A stretch of 64,000 nucleotides of DNA from Octopus sinensis. Lineage: Eukaryota. Below, one piece after another: positions 23,759-35,600 of the stretch; position 1 is the first letter of the stretch; each line of letters opens with the position of its first letter. The stretch is taken from NCBI RefSeq assembly GCF_006345805.1, contig NC_043004.1:77500001-77564000 (forward strand), given 5' to 3'. The translations under genes were made by a program, and so were the position numbers. The notes under the pieces were generated by a model. It searched no databases. It was not told the DNA's origin and was given only the letters and a program-made list of their open reading frames with translations.

Positions 23759-23836
23759 ATTGGTCGACCGAGGCAAGGCGGAAAATTTAAATTTCCTTCT
23801 CCTTTAAATACGTCTTGTCATGGCTCGCATAGAAAG
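23759..23836 (+). promoter_or_regulatory. Candidate INCENP promoter / first exon: inverted CCAAT, CDE/CHR-like module, splice donor
   Basis: ATTGG at 23759, GGCGG-aaaa-TTTAAA at 23777-23791, and ATGGCTCGCATAGAAAG|gtaaat donor at 23836/23837. Confidence 0.45.
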
Positions 23837-24693
23837 GTAAATTATTTCCTTCTATCTTATTAGGCTTATCCCATCAGCTTATTTCCTTCATCTAATTCAT
23901 GTTATTTTAACGTTTTAATATGTGTTCTTCTGACATTTGTATTTTATTAATAGGTGTTGCATTACAATCTTTCTTTATCTTTGTTTTTGCCGATAACAAA
24001 GACAGAGAAATAAGAAAGGGGTTTGTTTTTATTTTCTCTTATTTATTAGAGAAAGGTTTATTTCTCTTCATTTTAATAAAATAGTTCAAAATGTTTTGGC
24101 CGAGTAGAGAGACAGACCTACGATGAGATAATAAGCGAACAACAGATGGAAAAAGCTGAAGGGAATGGAATTATGTCAAGTTAACCGTTAAATATTTTAA
24201 TTAATAATATGGGATATCTGAAGAATTTCTAATATTGATAATGGGTTCATTTTCCGAATTTCATCGTTTCTTCCCTAACTGTTAATCGTATTTTTTCAAA
24301 ATTCAAAACAAACCTGTCACCCGTTCGCTCACCGCCATAACTTCGTTGAACGTAACACGAACAGTCCTGCTCCTCCACAACTCAGTCCGTTCGTGGATAT
24401 TATTCTGGTCTACATTATTTGTAAACTATATAAACATAAATTACCGTTCGACCATAATATTTCGATTCTGCACAATCGATTTGATTTCAGCTTTTATGCT
24501 AGCATCTCGAATGAACAACTGCTGCGATTCACATTTCCTACGTACGATGAGTTAGGCTGAATTTCTTTTGATAAATGTTGCGTCCTTTAAGAAAGAAATA
24601 AGCATTTAAGCTAATATCTTCCTGACGGAATTAGTTTCCAGGCAGCATGAGGTTATTATTTCTTCGTTTTTAGGTCAGACATACATTGTGCTA

Positions 24694-24708
24694 CCGCGTA
24701 CATTTGAA
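24694..24708 (+). promoter_or_regulatory. Second CDE/CHR-like module
   Basis: CCGCG-taca-TTTGAA, with another TTTGAA about 28 nt downstream, in a locally CpG-rich stretch. Confidence 0.35.
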
Positions 24709-26599
24709 AACGAACGAAATCCTTGCCATCTTTGAAATTGACCCAAATACGGAAGAGATTTTGTTGTTTTTTTCCTGCACAAAATTTGACACTAATTTTT
24801 ATCATTTTCATAGCAATTAATAATGGATTTTTCCTTGGTATATCGGTAGCTGCAAAAAACATTCGTTTTATGGAATATACAGTTGTATTAATACAGCTGT
24901 ATAAGTAAATTATATTCTTTTAAATTGAATTATTGTCTGCACAAATAAACCAAAACTAGATTTATTAACCTTGTTTTTGAATTTGTGCGCGATTCCTCTA
25001 TTTTAACATATTGAAATATTTGTATAGAATACACCAACCACATAGATGCATTTATTTACCTTTAGGGATACGCTTACGAAATTATGAAAACTGGGCCCTC
25101 CATTATTATTACCTATTAGATAAAAAAAAAGTTAATCACTTTATTAACATTTTAACCTCGTAGCTCAATGCTAAATATTCGTTCCGAAATAAAAAAAATT
25201 CTGTAGGGGTTATAGTTGTGTGTTCATGAGCATGATGGTTATCAAAACTTGTAAGTCTGATAATTGTGAATTAGTGAAGGCCTTGTTACAATTCAAATTC
25301 ATCAGTTAACGGCACCACCGAGTTCCTTCTTCCCTGAATTACATGTAGAAACAAAAATGGGCATACCTACACAAGTGTGCCCTCGACTGTGTTTCCTCAA
25401 CTTTCAGAAAAATAGATATTTTTTGATGAAATATATCTGCAAATACATTTCAGATGCTGTAGATTTCGATTACATAGGGATTTGTTGCGGAAAATTTTTT
25501 TCGGCGGGTGGAAATCTTTCTAACTCTTAGGTGAGGGAGGTGTGTTCCGAAACACAAAGCCTGTAACTTTCCGCATATCATGGGAAGAAGTGCTTTTACT
25601 ATTTATATTTACCCCACCCCGCCTATATTTGATTCGTCGCTGTTATTCGATAGAATTTTAAATGTCTTAAATATCCAGTGTAGTGCTTGCATTGGCGCAT
25701 TAAAAAAAGTAGGCAATATATTATTTTGGAGTTGCCGGATTAGCTTTCTTTTTGCGCCAAATTTCGGAATACTTTTATTTTTCTTTCAACATTTGGTTAG
25801 TTATCTGTTTGACATTGTTGGCTTTTCACTTTTTTCTTTTTTCACTCGGGTGCTTATAGAATTTCAATTAGGCTTTTCATATTTAAATCATCTTACCGTC
25901 ATGTAGCACATAAAAATATCCTTTCAGACAGCAGCCCCCCATTTCGTCTGACTAAACCATAAAACAGAAAACTCCCGTCACTTCCACATATCAAAGCCCC
26001 ATTTCTATTGTGTTGTACCGTTTACACCACAATCTAATAATATGTGTTGCTATAAATTTAACATTTGACTCTCATCATAGCCGACGATACACTGATGTTT
26101 GACACTGCTATCTTTATACCTATTTTTAATGTTGGTGTCCATTATTCAGGGAGTTGGTTGTATAAGTTTTAGGGCTTTCTTTCGCTTGAACCCGCATTTA
26201 CATCAAACTCGGTCTTATGGGATCGTATGATTACTCTCTACTCTTTTATTTGTTTCAGTCATTTGACTGCGGCCATGCTGGAGCAGCGCCTTTAGTCGAG
26301 CAAATCGACCCCCACGACTTATTCTTTGTAAGCCTAGTACTTATTCTATCGGTCTCTTTTGCCGAACTGCTAAGTTACGGGGACGTAAACACACCAGCAT
26401 CGGTTGTCAAGCGATGTTGGGGGGACAAACACACACACACACACATACATATATACGACGGGCTTCTTTAAGTTTCCGTCTACCAAATCCACTCATAAAG
26501 CTTTGATCGGCCCGAGGCTATAGTAGAAGACACTTGCCCAAGGTGCCATGCAGTGGGACTGAACCCAGAACCATGTGCTTCGTAAGCAGCCACTTCCGT

Positions 26600-27095
26600 A
26601 AAATTTTTTATTTCTTTACTGACCATTGGAAGGCAACATTTGCTTTGAAAGAGAGGAGAAAGTGAAAAGTGTGTGCATGAGTGAGTGAAGGTGTGTGTTG
26701 TGATGACGAGTGGAAGGCAACATTTGCTTTGAAGTGAAAGCAGAAAGTGGAAGATGTATGAACGTGTATGAGAGAGTGAGCGAAAGTGTGTGTGTTATTG
26801 TCTTGTATGTGTAAGTGGCACACTCTCTCTCGCATGCACACATACTCAAATACATACAAAAATGATGTATTTATGTTTGTACGTGTATATGAAAACTAAT
26901 GTGTGTGTGTGAGAGAGAGTGAGTGTCACACATACATGCAAAAATATAATACATGACAACAACACACCTTCACTCATGCACTCTCTCTCTCTCACGTCCA
27001 TTTCATATACTCGTACACGCATCTTTCACTTTCTGCTCTCACTTCAAAGCAAATGTCGCCTTCCAAAGGTCAGGAAAGAAATAAAAAAATTTTTA
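26600..27095. mobile_element. Foldback/MITE-like element with long imperfect inverted arms
   Basis: aaattttttatttctttactgaccattggaaggcaacatttgctttgaa mirrored by ttcaaagcaaatgtcgccttccaaaggtcaggaaagaaataaaaaaattt. A related one-arm copy lies at 11145-11400. Confidence 0.75.
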
Positions 27096-29879
27096 CAGGA
27101 ATTAACGAACAATCATATGATCAAGTTTGATGTAAATGCAGGTTCAACCGAAGGAATACCAGTTTTAGTATTGGTGGTGTTGGTACTGTTGCTCTTGAGC
27201 GAACGGTCTTCGTCCCAGAGCTTGCAAGATGGGAGAAGTCCGAAACGTGGTCCTTTGCTATTCGTAAGACTCGCAGAAGAGAAAGCAGGTCACTCCCCCC
27301 CTTCCGACACCGAGAGCATCGACGGATGGATGAATGCGCATCCAGGCTCAGCGGATGCGTAGGAAGTCAGGGACAAGAAGCAGGAAGAAAGAGTGAGAGA
27401 AAGTTGTGGTGAAAGAGTACAACAGGGGTCGCCATCACCCCCTGCCTGACCTCGTGGAGCTTTAGGTGTTTTTGCTCAATAAACACACACAATGCCCGGT
27501 CTGGGAATCGAAACCACGACCCTCCGACTGCGAGTCCGCTACCCTAACCATTGGGCCATTGCACCTCCACTTGGTGTTGGTACTGGTGATCAGAGTATAA
27601 ACACAGCAGGGATGAATACTTAAAAAGTTCATTTCGCAATCATGAGGTTTTGAGCTCAATTCTACTCTGATGTATCTTGAGTGAGTATCTTTTACTACAG
27701 CTTTGCGTTGACAGAAATTGCAGGGAAGCTGGTCAGATGGTGGTAGCTGTAATTTAAAGGTTGGGTTTCGTGGCTCATTGATTCCATCCGAGAAATTATG
27801 GATAGATGACAAAGCCATTTACGTACTAATTCAGGAAACAAAGTCGTACAGTTGATCAAACAACTGAATATTCATTGTTGGAACACACAAAGATATAATA
27901 CAATGGTAGTAGTATTGGTGGTTAGTGTTATTGTTTATGGTAGGGGAGGGTGTATTGGCCTGAAACCTAAAGTGCTTCTGATCCATGGCATTTCAACCAT
28001 CTGTTAAGACGTAGGAGTGGCTGTGTGGTAAGTAGCTTGCATACGACCCACATGGTTCTGGGTTCAGGCCAACCAAAGCCTTGTGAGTGGATTTGGTAGA
28101 CGGAAACTGAAAGAAGCCCGTCGTATATATGTGAGTGTGTTTACGTCCCCGTCACTTGGCGGTTCGGCAAGAGAGACCTATAGAATAAGTACTAGGCTTA
28201 CAAAGAATAAGTCCTGGGGTCGATTTGCTCGACTAAAGGTGGTGCTCCAGCATGGCTGAAACAAATAAAAATAAAGACAAATTTTGTTGGCTTTTTCATC
28301 ATATGATGCTTCAAGCATTGGAAGATACAACAGTTCTATGTGCTCTAGGCTAAAAGATGTCTCCTTTCTATGTGCAGCTCAAATTCACTAGCACTGTAAT
28401 CAGCATGCTGTGTCAAAGTTGCCATCAACATAGAATTTCAGTTCTCTAAAGTTTCCCCACTAGTTTAACTATACTGAAATGAGAAATATATATAACGAAC
28501 TGTTTAAAGTAATGAATACAGTTACAGAATTTGAAGCCACATACACTGCTCCTTTCCCTTTTGAAAAACCTTCATCTAATTGGTGGCTTGAGCATGGTAG
28601 TGTTTAATATTTTGATGAATTAGGAAGAGCTTGAGTCTTATTTTAATGTAAGGGACCCAACCAAATTAAAGTTTGATATAAGACTCACAGCAAAGATAAA
28701 AAAGGAAATGTCAGGCCACTAGTTTTTTTGTCTTTTAAGTAGCAACACTTATTGTGCTATAATTGGAAAGATTGAATTTTTTTTTTCTGACAAATTAAAG
28801 TTGATCTGTATGAACTGCACCAAAGATCAGTCTTGCATTCCAAGAGTCTTAACAGACTGTGATAACAATGGTCTGAAAAGATAACTTAATGATGTTGGTT
28901 TGTTGATTAAATTCTTAACAGAATGTACAAGTTGCCACAAAAAGTAACTCTTATAGAAATAAAAATGCCAAAGAAAGGTGTTTGACTATACTAGAAGCTC
29001 TTAGTCAAGTAAAATGTACACTTCCATTAACCAGAGGTATTTTTTTAAAGATCTGGCAAAATTATGCCCCCACAGTAGTTTTAATTCAAGTTTGAAGACC
29101 CATATTTTCAGAGCTAAACTTTACTGGAAACAGTTTTAGTATTATTGAACAACAGTGTAGGAAAATCATTTGTGTTGAGAAGACACACATCTAGCTTGGT
29201 AAAATTACGGCTGTCCTTGCATACAGGCATGTCCCTTCATCCTTCTTCAGCCAAGTGATCCTAATCTTGCAGTGCCATGTAAAAACACCCAGTACACTCT
29301 GAAAAGTGGTAGACATTTAGGAAGGGCATCCAGCTATAGAAACCATGTCGAAACACATGGAGCTCAGGCAACTCTTCAGCTGGCCAGCTTCCTGTCAAAC
29401 TGTCTGATCTATGCCAGCATGGAAAACATTAAATGATGAGGATGACTGGAAGTTGAGATTACCAAAAGAATTGGCAATTTGTTAACTTTCTCAGTAGGCT
29501 GAGTATGGAACTCCCTTAATTAAAATAGCTAAGCCTCCTAATTTGAAGTACCTAATTGTTTTACAGGACAACGTAATAGTGAATATGTGTTGTGGTTTTC
29601 AGTTCAATCCCTGGGTCAATAGGACAAAGCAGCCATTTATCAAGCACTTTCCACTTGTGGCCATCCTTGTATGTATCCAAGAACATGTGTGAATTGAGGG
29701 AGATTTGACGGCTAATTCTGGCTGGTTATGTGACCACTTAGAGGTTGACTCATAGACAGTAATCATAAAGGTAACCCATTCTACTAACGCTTGCTTGGTT
29801 AGATGGGTTATCAGCATCTGCATCAGCTTGCCTACATGGTACCAGAGAAAGCCTGTTAACTTTATTATTTATTCTGTCG

Positions 29880-30200
29880 CCTTACTGGCACTTGTGCTGG
29901 TGGCACGTGAAATATTCAAGCGAGGTCATCGCCAGTGCCGCTGGACTGGCTCCTGTGCAGGTGGCACATAAAAAGCACCATTTAGGTATGGCCGTTGCTA
30001 GTACCACCAAACTGGCCCTCATGCTGGTGGCACGTAAAAGCACCCACTACACTCACGGAGTGGTTGGCGTTAGGAAGGGCATCCAGCTGTTGAAACTCTG
30101 TCAGATCAGATTGGAGTCTGGTTCGCCAGACTTCAGTCAAATCATCCAACCCATGCTAGCATGGAAAGCGGATGTTAAATGGAAAATTAAATGATGATGT
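29880..30200 (+). mobile_element. RTE-LINE 3' end fragment
   Basis: Family motif plus gatgatg tail. Confidence 0.8.
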
Positions 30201-30599
30201 GTCATCAGCACTGGAGATTGTTCCATAAAACAGGCAAGATTAAAGAGTACCCCCTACCCTGTATCGGTGTTTATTTGGATTTATTGTTCCCAGATTAGTA
30301 CTTTTCAATGCAGCCTAGGAAGTCTGTTTCTTGTACATTCCAATTTTAGCATCTGCTGTACTGTTGTGTGTCTTTTGTATCACCAACTGCTTTACAGAGT
30401 ACAAGGTGCAATTTTTTTTTTTGCATGCCACCAGTATTAGTGTTATAAAGAAGCAGGCAGTAAGCTGAACATTAGACAGGTAGAAATGTGTGACGAATAG
30501 AAAGATAGGAAATGATAATAAACAGATTGAGATAGAATGACTAGAGTTTAATAAAATCAGATTTAATTTTGAAAAATTCTGCCTCTCACAATATAGAAA

Positions 30600-31040
30600 C
30601 ATTTCTCATGGCCCTAGCAGCCAAAGTGGAAAAGAGGTTGCCCTGGAGGATGGCAAGGGAGATTCACTGGAACAGCCACTCACTCACGGGGCTCACACTT
30701 GCAGTCAGCTATCTCTGCCCTGATAGCAGTGAGTAGGGATATGGTCCAATGTCCAAGAACGTCAGCAGTCTCCACTGCCACAGGCTTGACCATAAACCTG
30801 CTGGAGAGCAACTGATACCTTGACAGTTTGCTTTTCTCAGCCAGATGAGCAGCAAGGCATGTAGCTTCCCAGATGAGGAGCCTACTGCCATGGAATGGAA
30901 AAATTGTCATACCATCTAACCTTTTACAATCCCCTCAATCTAGCCCTGTCGGCTTGAGCTGAGGAGGGAAGCTTGTGACATCTAGCCATGCTTTATGATC
31001 TTGCATGGAAGGCAGCCAGCATGACTCTTGAGAGCAGGGC
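30600..31040 (-). mobile_element. CRE-clade (restriction-like endonuclease) non-LTR retrotransposon remnant
   Basis: KPTGLD*GDCKRLDGMTIFPFHGSRLLIWEATC...AHLAEKSKLSRYQLL...PVAVETADVLG...REWLFQ*ISLAILQGN matches the RPDG..WD.TC..K..KY..P.AVET.G..LFQRISLA.QRGN pattern of CRE RLE domains. Confidence 0.8.
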
Positions 31041-32472
31041 ATAAGACTCTTCTACTCTGTAGACATCGCAAAAAGAAAATTGACTGGAATTTTTCTGGTG
31101 ATAATATCTCTTGTGGGGTTTTTTATTCAACAAGACAGCTAATTGCAACTCCTGTCATTCTTTTCAGTCAATGTTTTGCTACATTGACAACAGATCTGGT
31201 GCTGGCTGAGTGCCACCCAGTGGACCCTGTAAAGTGGTTGGTATTAGAAAATGTATCCAGCTGTAGAAACCATGTCAAAGCTGACCTTGGAGCTCAGTGC
31301 TGCCCTGTAGCTCGCCAAATCCTATGAAACTATCCAACACATACCAGCATAGAAAACAGATGATGATAATGATATATGTATGTATAATGTGTATATGTAT
31401 ATATACAGATGCAGGCAGGGCTGAAGTTTTCTTCCTAATCACTTTCAGGTTTAGTCTCAGTGGGTGACACCTTGAGTAAGTGTCCTCTAGATGTAAGCTA
31501 ACTAAAGCCTGTTTTGTTTGTGGGGGTGATTTCATGTTGCCCTTGTGCTGCCAATTGTGTCGTTTGCCTGTAGTCCACTGCAAAAGCATATCCTAGCTTC
31601 TTGACATTTGTGAGCTTTGTAAACAAAAGGCCCGTTTCAGTGTCATTCATTTCCAATTTTCCATGTAACTATGTCCTGGCTGTTTTTTGTTTGATAAACT
31701 TGGAAACAGGTGGGGTTGAGAACAAGAAGAGCTCCTGACCATAGAAAATTCTATTAATAAAAAAAAAAAAATGTTATGAAACTTTTAAAGCATGAAATTT
31801 GTTGTAATTTTAGCCAATCAAATCCATCTGTTGTCAATGTGCTTTTGCAATAGTATAAAACATGGCATGTATTTTTGTTTTCAAGTGGTACATGGCAAAA
31901 AAAAAAAAATTCTTTTGAGAAATTAATAAAAACAATATAAAACCTTTGAAGATAAAGATACTTAATGAAAGAAAACAACAAATTAACATTTACAATGAAA
32001 TTTTGTGATACCCTGTAAAACCCTAACCCTACCATGGTGGTATCAGCTAGTTGCTAAGGAACATATACAAACAACAAACTGTAGATTTCTACAATGTCAA
32101 GAATCAGTGGATCTCTCTCTCTCTCTCTCTCACTTTTTCCTCTTTTTTCCATGCATTATAATACTGGAAAAATATCAATGCTTTTTATACAAGATATTTT
32201 GTTATAGGATTTCACTGGCTATAATTAGTGGTGTGTTATACACAAATGCCTATGATATATAGATAAATATGATTAATTAAAGTAGGGAAAATATTGATTT
32301 GAGATGTTAATCATAAAAGTTAGTGATTGTTATTTTTTATTTTTCTTTACTTGATTGACTTTGTATAATGTTCAAATTTATCAATTTTATGCTCATAAAT
32401 TTTTTAAAATTCTCTTTCAGGTTTTAGTCCCCCCCTCCCCCCACTGTCTTTTGCAAATTGATTTTACAAAAT

Positions 32473-32615
32473 ATGGATACAGCAATCCCCCATAATTTAG
32501 GCTTGGATTTAGTGCAACAAAGTGACTTATTCGTTAAGGAAGCTTTGGAAAGCTTTGAAGAGCATTTCACCTGGCTTGATGAGATTTTAGAGACAGCTAA
32601 AGCTGCTTTTCAAAG
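32473..32615 (+). CDS. INCENP: INCENP first coding exon (acceptor at 32421, ATG 32473)
   Basis: MDTAIPHNLGLDLVQQSDLFVKEALESFEEHFTWLDEILETAKAAFQ + AG|gtatgt. Confidence 0.9.
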
Positions 32616-35600
32616 GTATGTATTCCTTATTTGTAAATTTCTTATTTAGTACAATTATATGTAACTAGTACATCATCTGGTACAGTTGCTAAAGTATGAT
32701 AAGAGACTTCCAAAAAACCATGGTTTTGCTTAACACTTTAGCATTCAAATTATTCTGTCACATATGCTTATGAATTCCCATTGTTTTGAATTAATCATGC
32801 ATTCTCATAGCTTTCAGATTTCAATGGTGTGATTGTATATCTTTAGAATGATATACAATAGGGCAGGTGTTAAGAGGCCAGATTTTGAGTTAAAACATAA
32901 AGCAAGTAGAATATATGGATCTGGTCAGTTTCAGTATAAAGCAAGGTAGAATATTTGGGCTGGATGTGGCCAGTTTAAATGCTAAAGTTAATCCTTATTA
33001 TTTCAATTTCCATCTGTACTTAATAACCATTTAGCATTTCAACTGGCCAGATCCAGCCTCTCACATTTACCTTACAATGTCATTCTAAAAATAAACAATC
33101 ACATCTTCTAAATCTAATAATGTATTATCAATTTAAAACAATGCTGTTCTTGAGAAGACCTATTGAGTCAAGTACGTTAAGACCATCATCAAATGAAAAT
33201 TGGATGGAAATAGTAGTTAAGACACCTGTGCCAGTGACATGTTAAAAGAAAAGCACCGTCCAAATGTGGCAAATGCCAGCGCCGCCTGACTGGCGTCTGT
33301 GTCGGTGACACGTAAAGGCACCAACTGATTGTGGCCGTTTGCCAGTCTCCTCTGGCCCCTGTGCCAGTGGCACGTGAAAAACACCCACTACACTCACAGA
33401 GTGGTTGGCGTTAGGAAGGGCATCCAGCTGTAGAAACACTGCCAGATCAGACTGGAACCTGGTGCAGCCTCCTGGCTTCCCAGACCCCAGTCGAACAGTC
33501 CAACCCATGCTAGCATGGAGAACGGACGTTAAACGATGATGATGGTGATGAATAAACATTACATTTGACAAACTTAAATGCTAAAGGGTTAAAGGACTGC
33601 AGAGTGGAGGAGGGAGGGGTTCCATGAGGTTTATCCCCTTTGACGTTGCATACTATGTCTTGTAATGATCCAATGAACTCTTAAGCCTTTTCACTTTAAG
33701 CAAAAAAATTCTCATCAACAGAACCTTCTTCAATGCTTTTTAGTGAGTTAAAAAAAATCTGAAGAATCCTTATCCCTGGTCAACCTTGATTAAGCAAACC
33801 TAAGGATTAAACATAACTATGGTCATTCATACTTTTTTTAGATACAGTTTAGCAAAGACTTGATTATCCAATGTGCCGTTTTGCAATTTTTCAAAACTGC
33901 ATGGTGTAATTTGAGAAAGATTTCACTGCTGGCTTTCATTGACCGTATGGAGGGTCTCATTGTAAGAGAAAATGGTTGCATAGACCATGCCAACAGGTAG
34001 TATCAGAGCTATGCCGTTGGGAACTTCGGTTCCTGGTAGGGCCACCCAAGGCAGATTGGTCTGACACCGAGTGGTATTAGGGCCACAGCCCGGCAGCCGT
34101 GGCTGTGGTGAAAATCCTCGGAGTGTCTGCGTCTGCGGACAATCTGCGGCAAACAGGATCTCTCTATATGCGGGATTGTTGGGGACCGCTTGTGAAATCC
34201 ACATATTCCCACGAAACTTCTTCCCAAGGAAGAAGCCGACTGAACCCACCCAGGGTGAATGTCGCCACAAGTACAAGTAGTAAGTACATAGACCATGGGG
34301 TCGATAATGTTTTACAACCTGCCAAGAAGTCGATAGTATCTTGTAGAATGCACCAACACTATGAAATTGATTTCATTAACTTGCAATACAGAGGTAAATT
34401 TCTCCTACACGGTACCTGAAGTAAACTATTAAGGGGAAGATTTAGCTTTCACATGTCCAGTATTACAGAAAACCAGAAATAAGCTCCAGCTATCTCGTGA
34501 TTTGAAAAAGACTTCTTTTTTTTTTTTTTTTTTTCCCCTTTGTTATAATCATCATCACTTAATGTCTATATACCTATTTCTTTACTACCCACAAGGGGTT
34601 AAACACAGAAGGGACAAACGGATTAAGTCGATTATATCGACCCCGAAAGAAGGAAAGGCAAAGTCGACCATGGCGGAATTTGAACTCAGAACGTAGCAGC
34701 AGACGAAATACTGCTAAGCATTTCGCCCAGCGTGCTAACGTTTCTGCCCACTCACCGCCTTCTGTCTATATACCATTGCTGGCCTAGGTTGGGCAATTCA
34801 GCAGAATCTGATGAGTTAGACTTCACGCCCCAGTATCTTTGGGATGGTTTCTATGGCTGGATGCCCTTTCTAACACCAGTCACTTTACAGAGTGTATTGA
34901 GTGCTTTTTCATCATACCAGCAGTAATGCTTTGCAGTTTGCAAGATTAAGGACTCTAAAATAGCCTCAATAAATGCAGGAGAATAAGAGAGAGAGAGAAT
35001 GTGTGCATTGGGGTGATGAGAGGGACAGATCCATAATTGTGAGAAGCTGGTATTAGAGAAAGAAGTAATTGAAGTGGTGGAAAAAGAAAGGGATTCATGT
35101 CAGGTTGGAAGTTGAAGGGACAGTGAACCAGGGAGTGATGAGACTGGTTGTAGTAGGTGAGGCAGTGCTATATCAAATAAGTTTATAGGTGGAATGTGTG
35201 AAAAAGTGAACAAGAGAAATTATCATCATCATCATCGTTTAACATCTGCTTTCCATGCTAGCATGGGTTGGACGATTTTGAGGGCTGCACCAGGCTCCAA
35301 TCTTGATTTGGCAGAGTTTCTACAGCTGGATGCCCTTCCTAATGCCAACCACTCCGAGAGTGTAGTGGGTGCTTTTTACGTGCCACCGGCACAGGGGCAG
35401 TCAGACGGTACTGGCAACGACCTCGCTTGAATCTTTTTACACATGCCACCGGCACAGGTGACGTTGGTAACAATCACACTTGAATGGTGCCCTTTTACGT
35501 GCCACTGGCATGGAAGCCAGTTGGCTGCTCTGGCAACGATCACGCTCGGATGGTGCTCTTAATACCCTACTAGCACGGGGCTCGAGTGCCAGTAAGGCGA

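Noticed and set aside
27180-27260. Hairpin followed by CGAAACGT, resembling the 3' half of a hammerhead
   Set aside because: No correctly placed CUGANGA upstream; it lies in a SINE 3' region.
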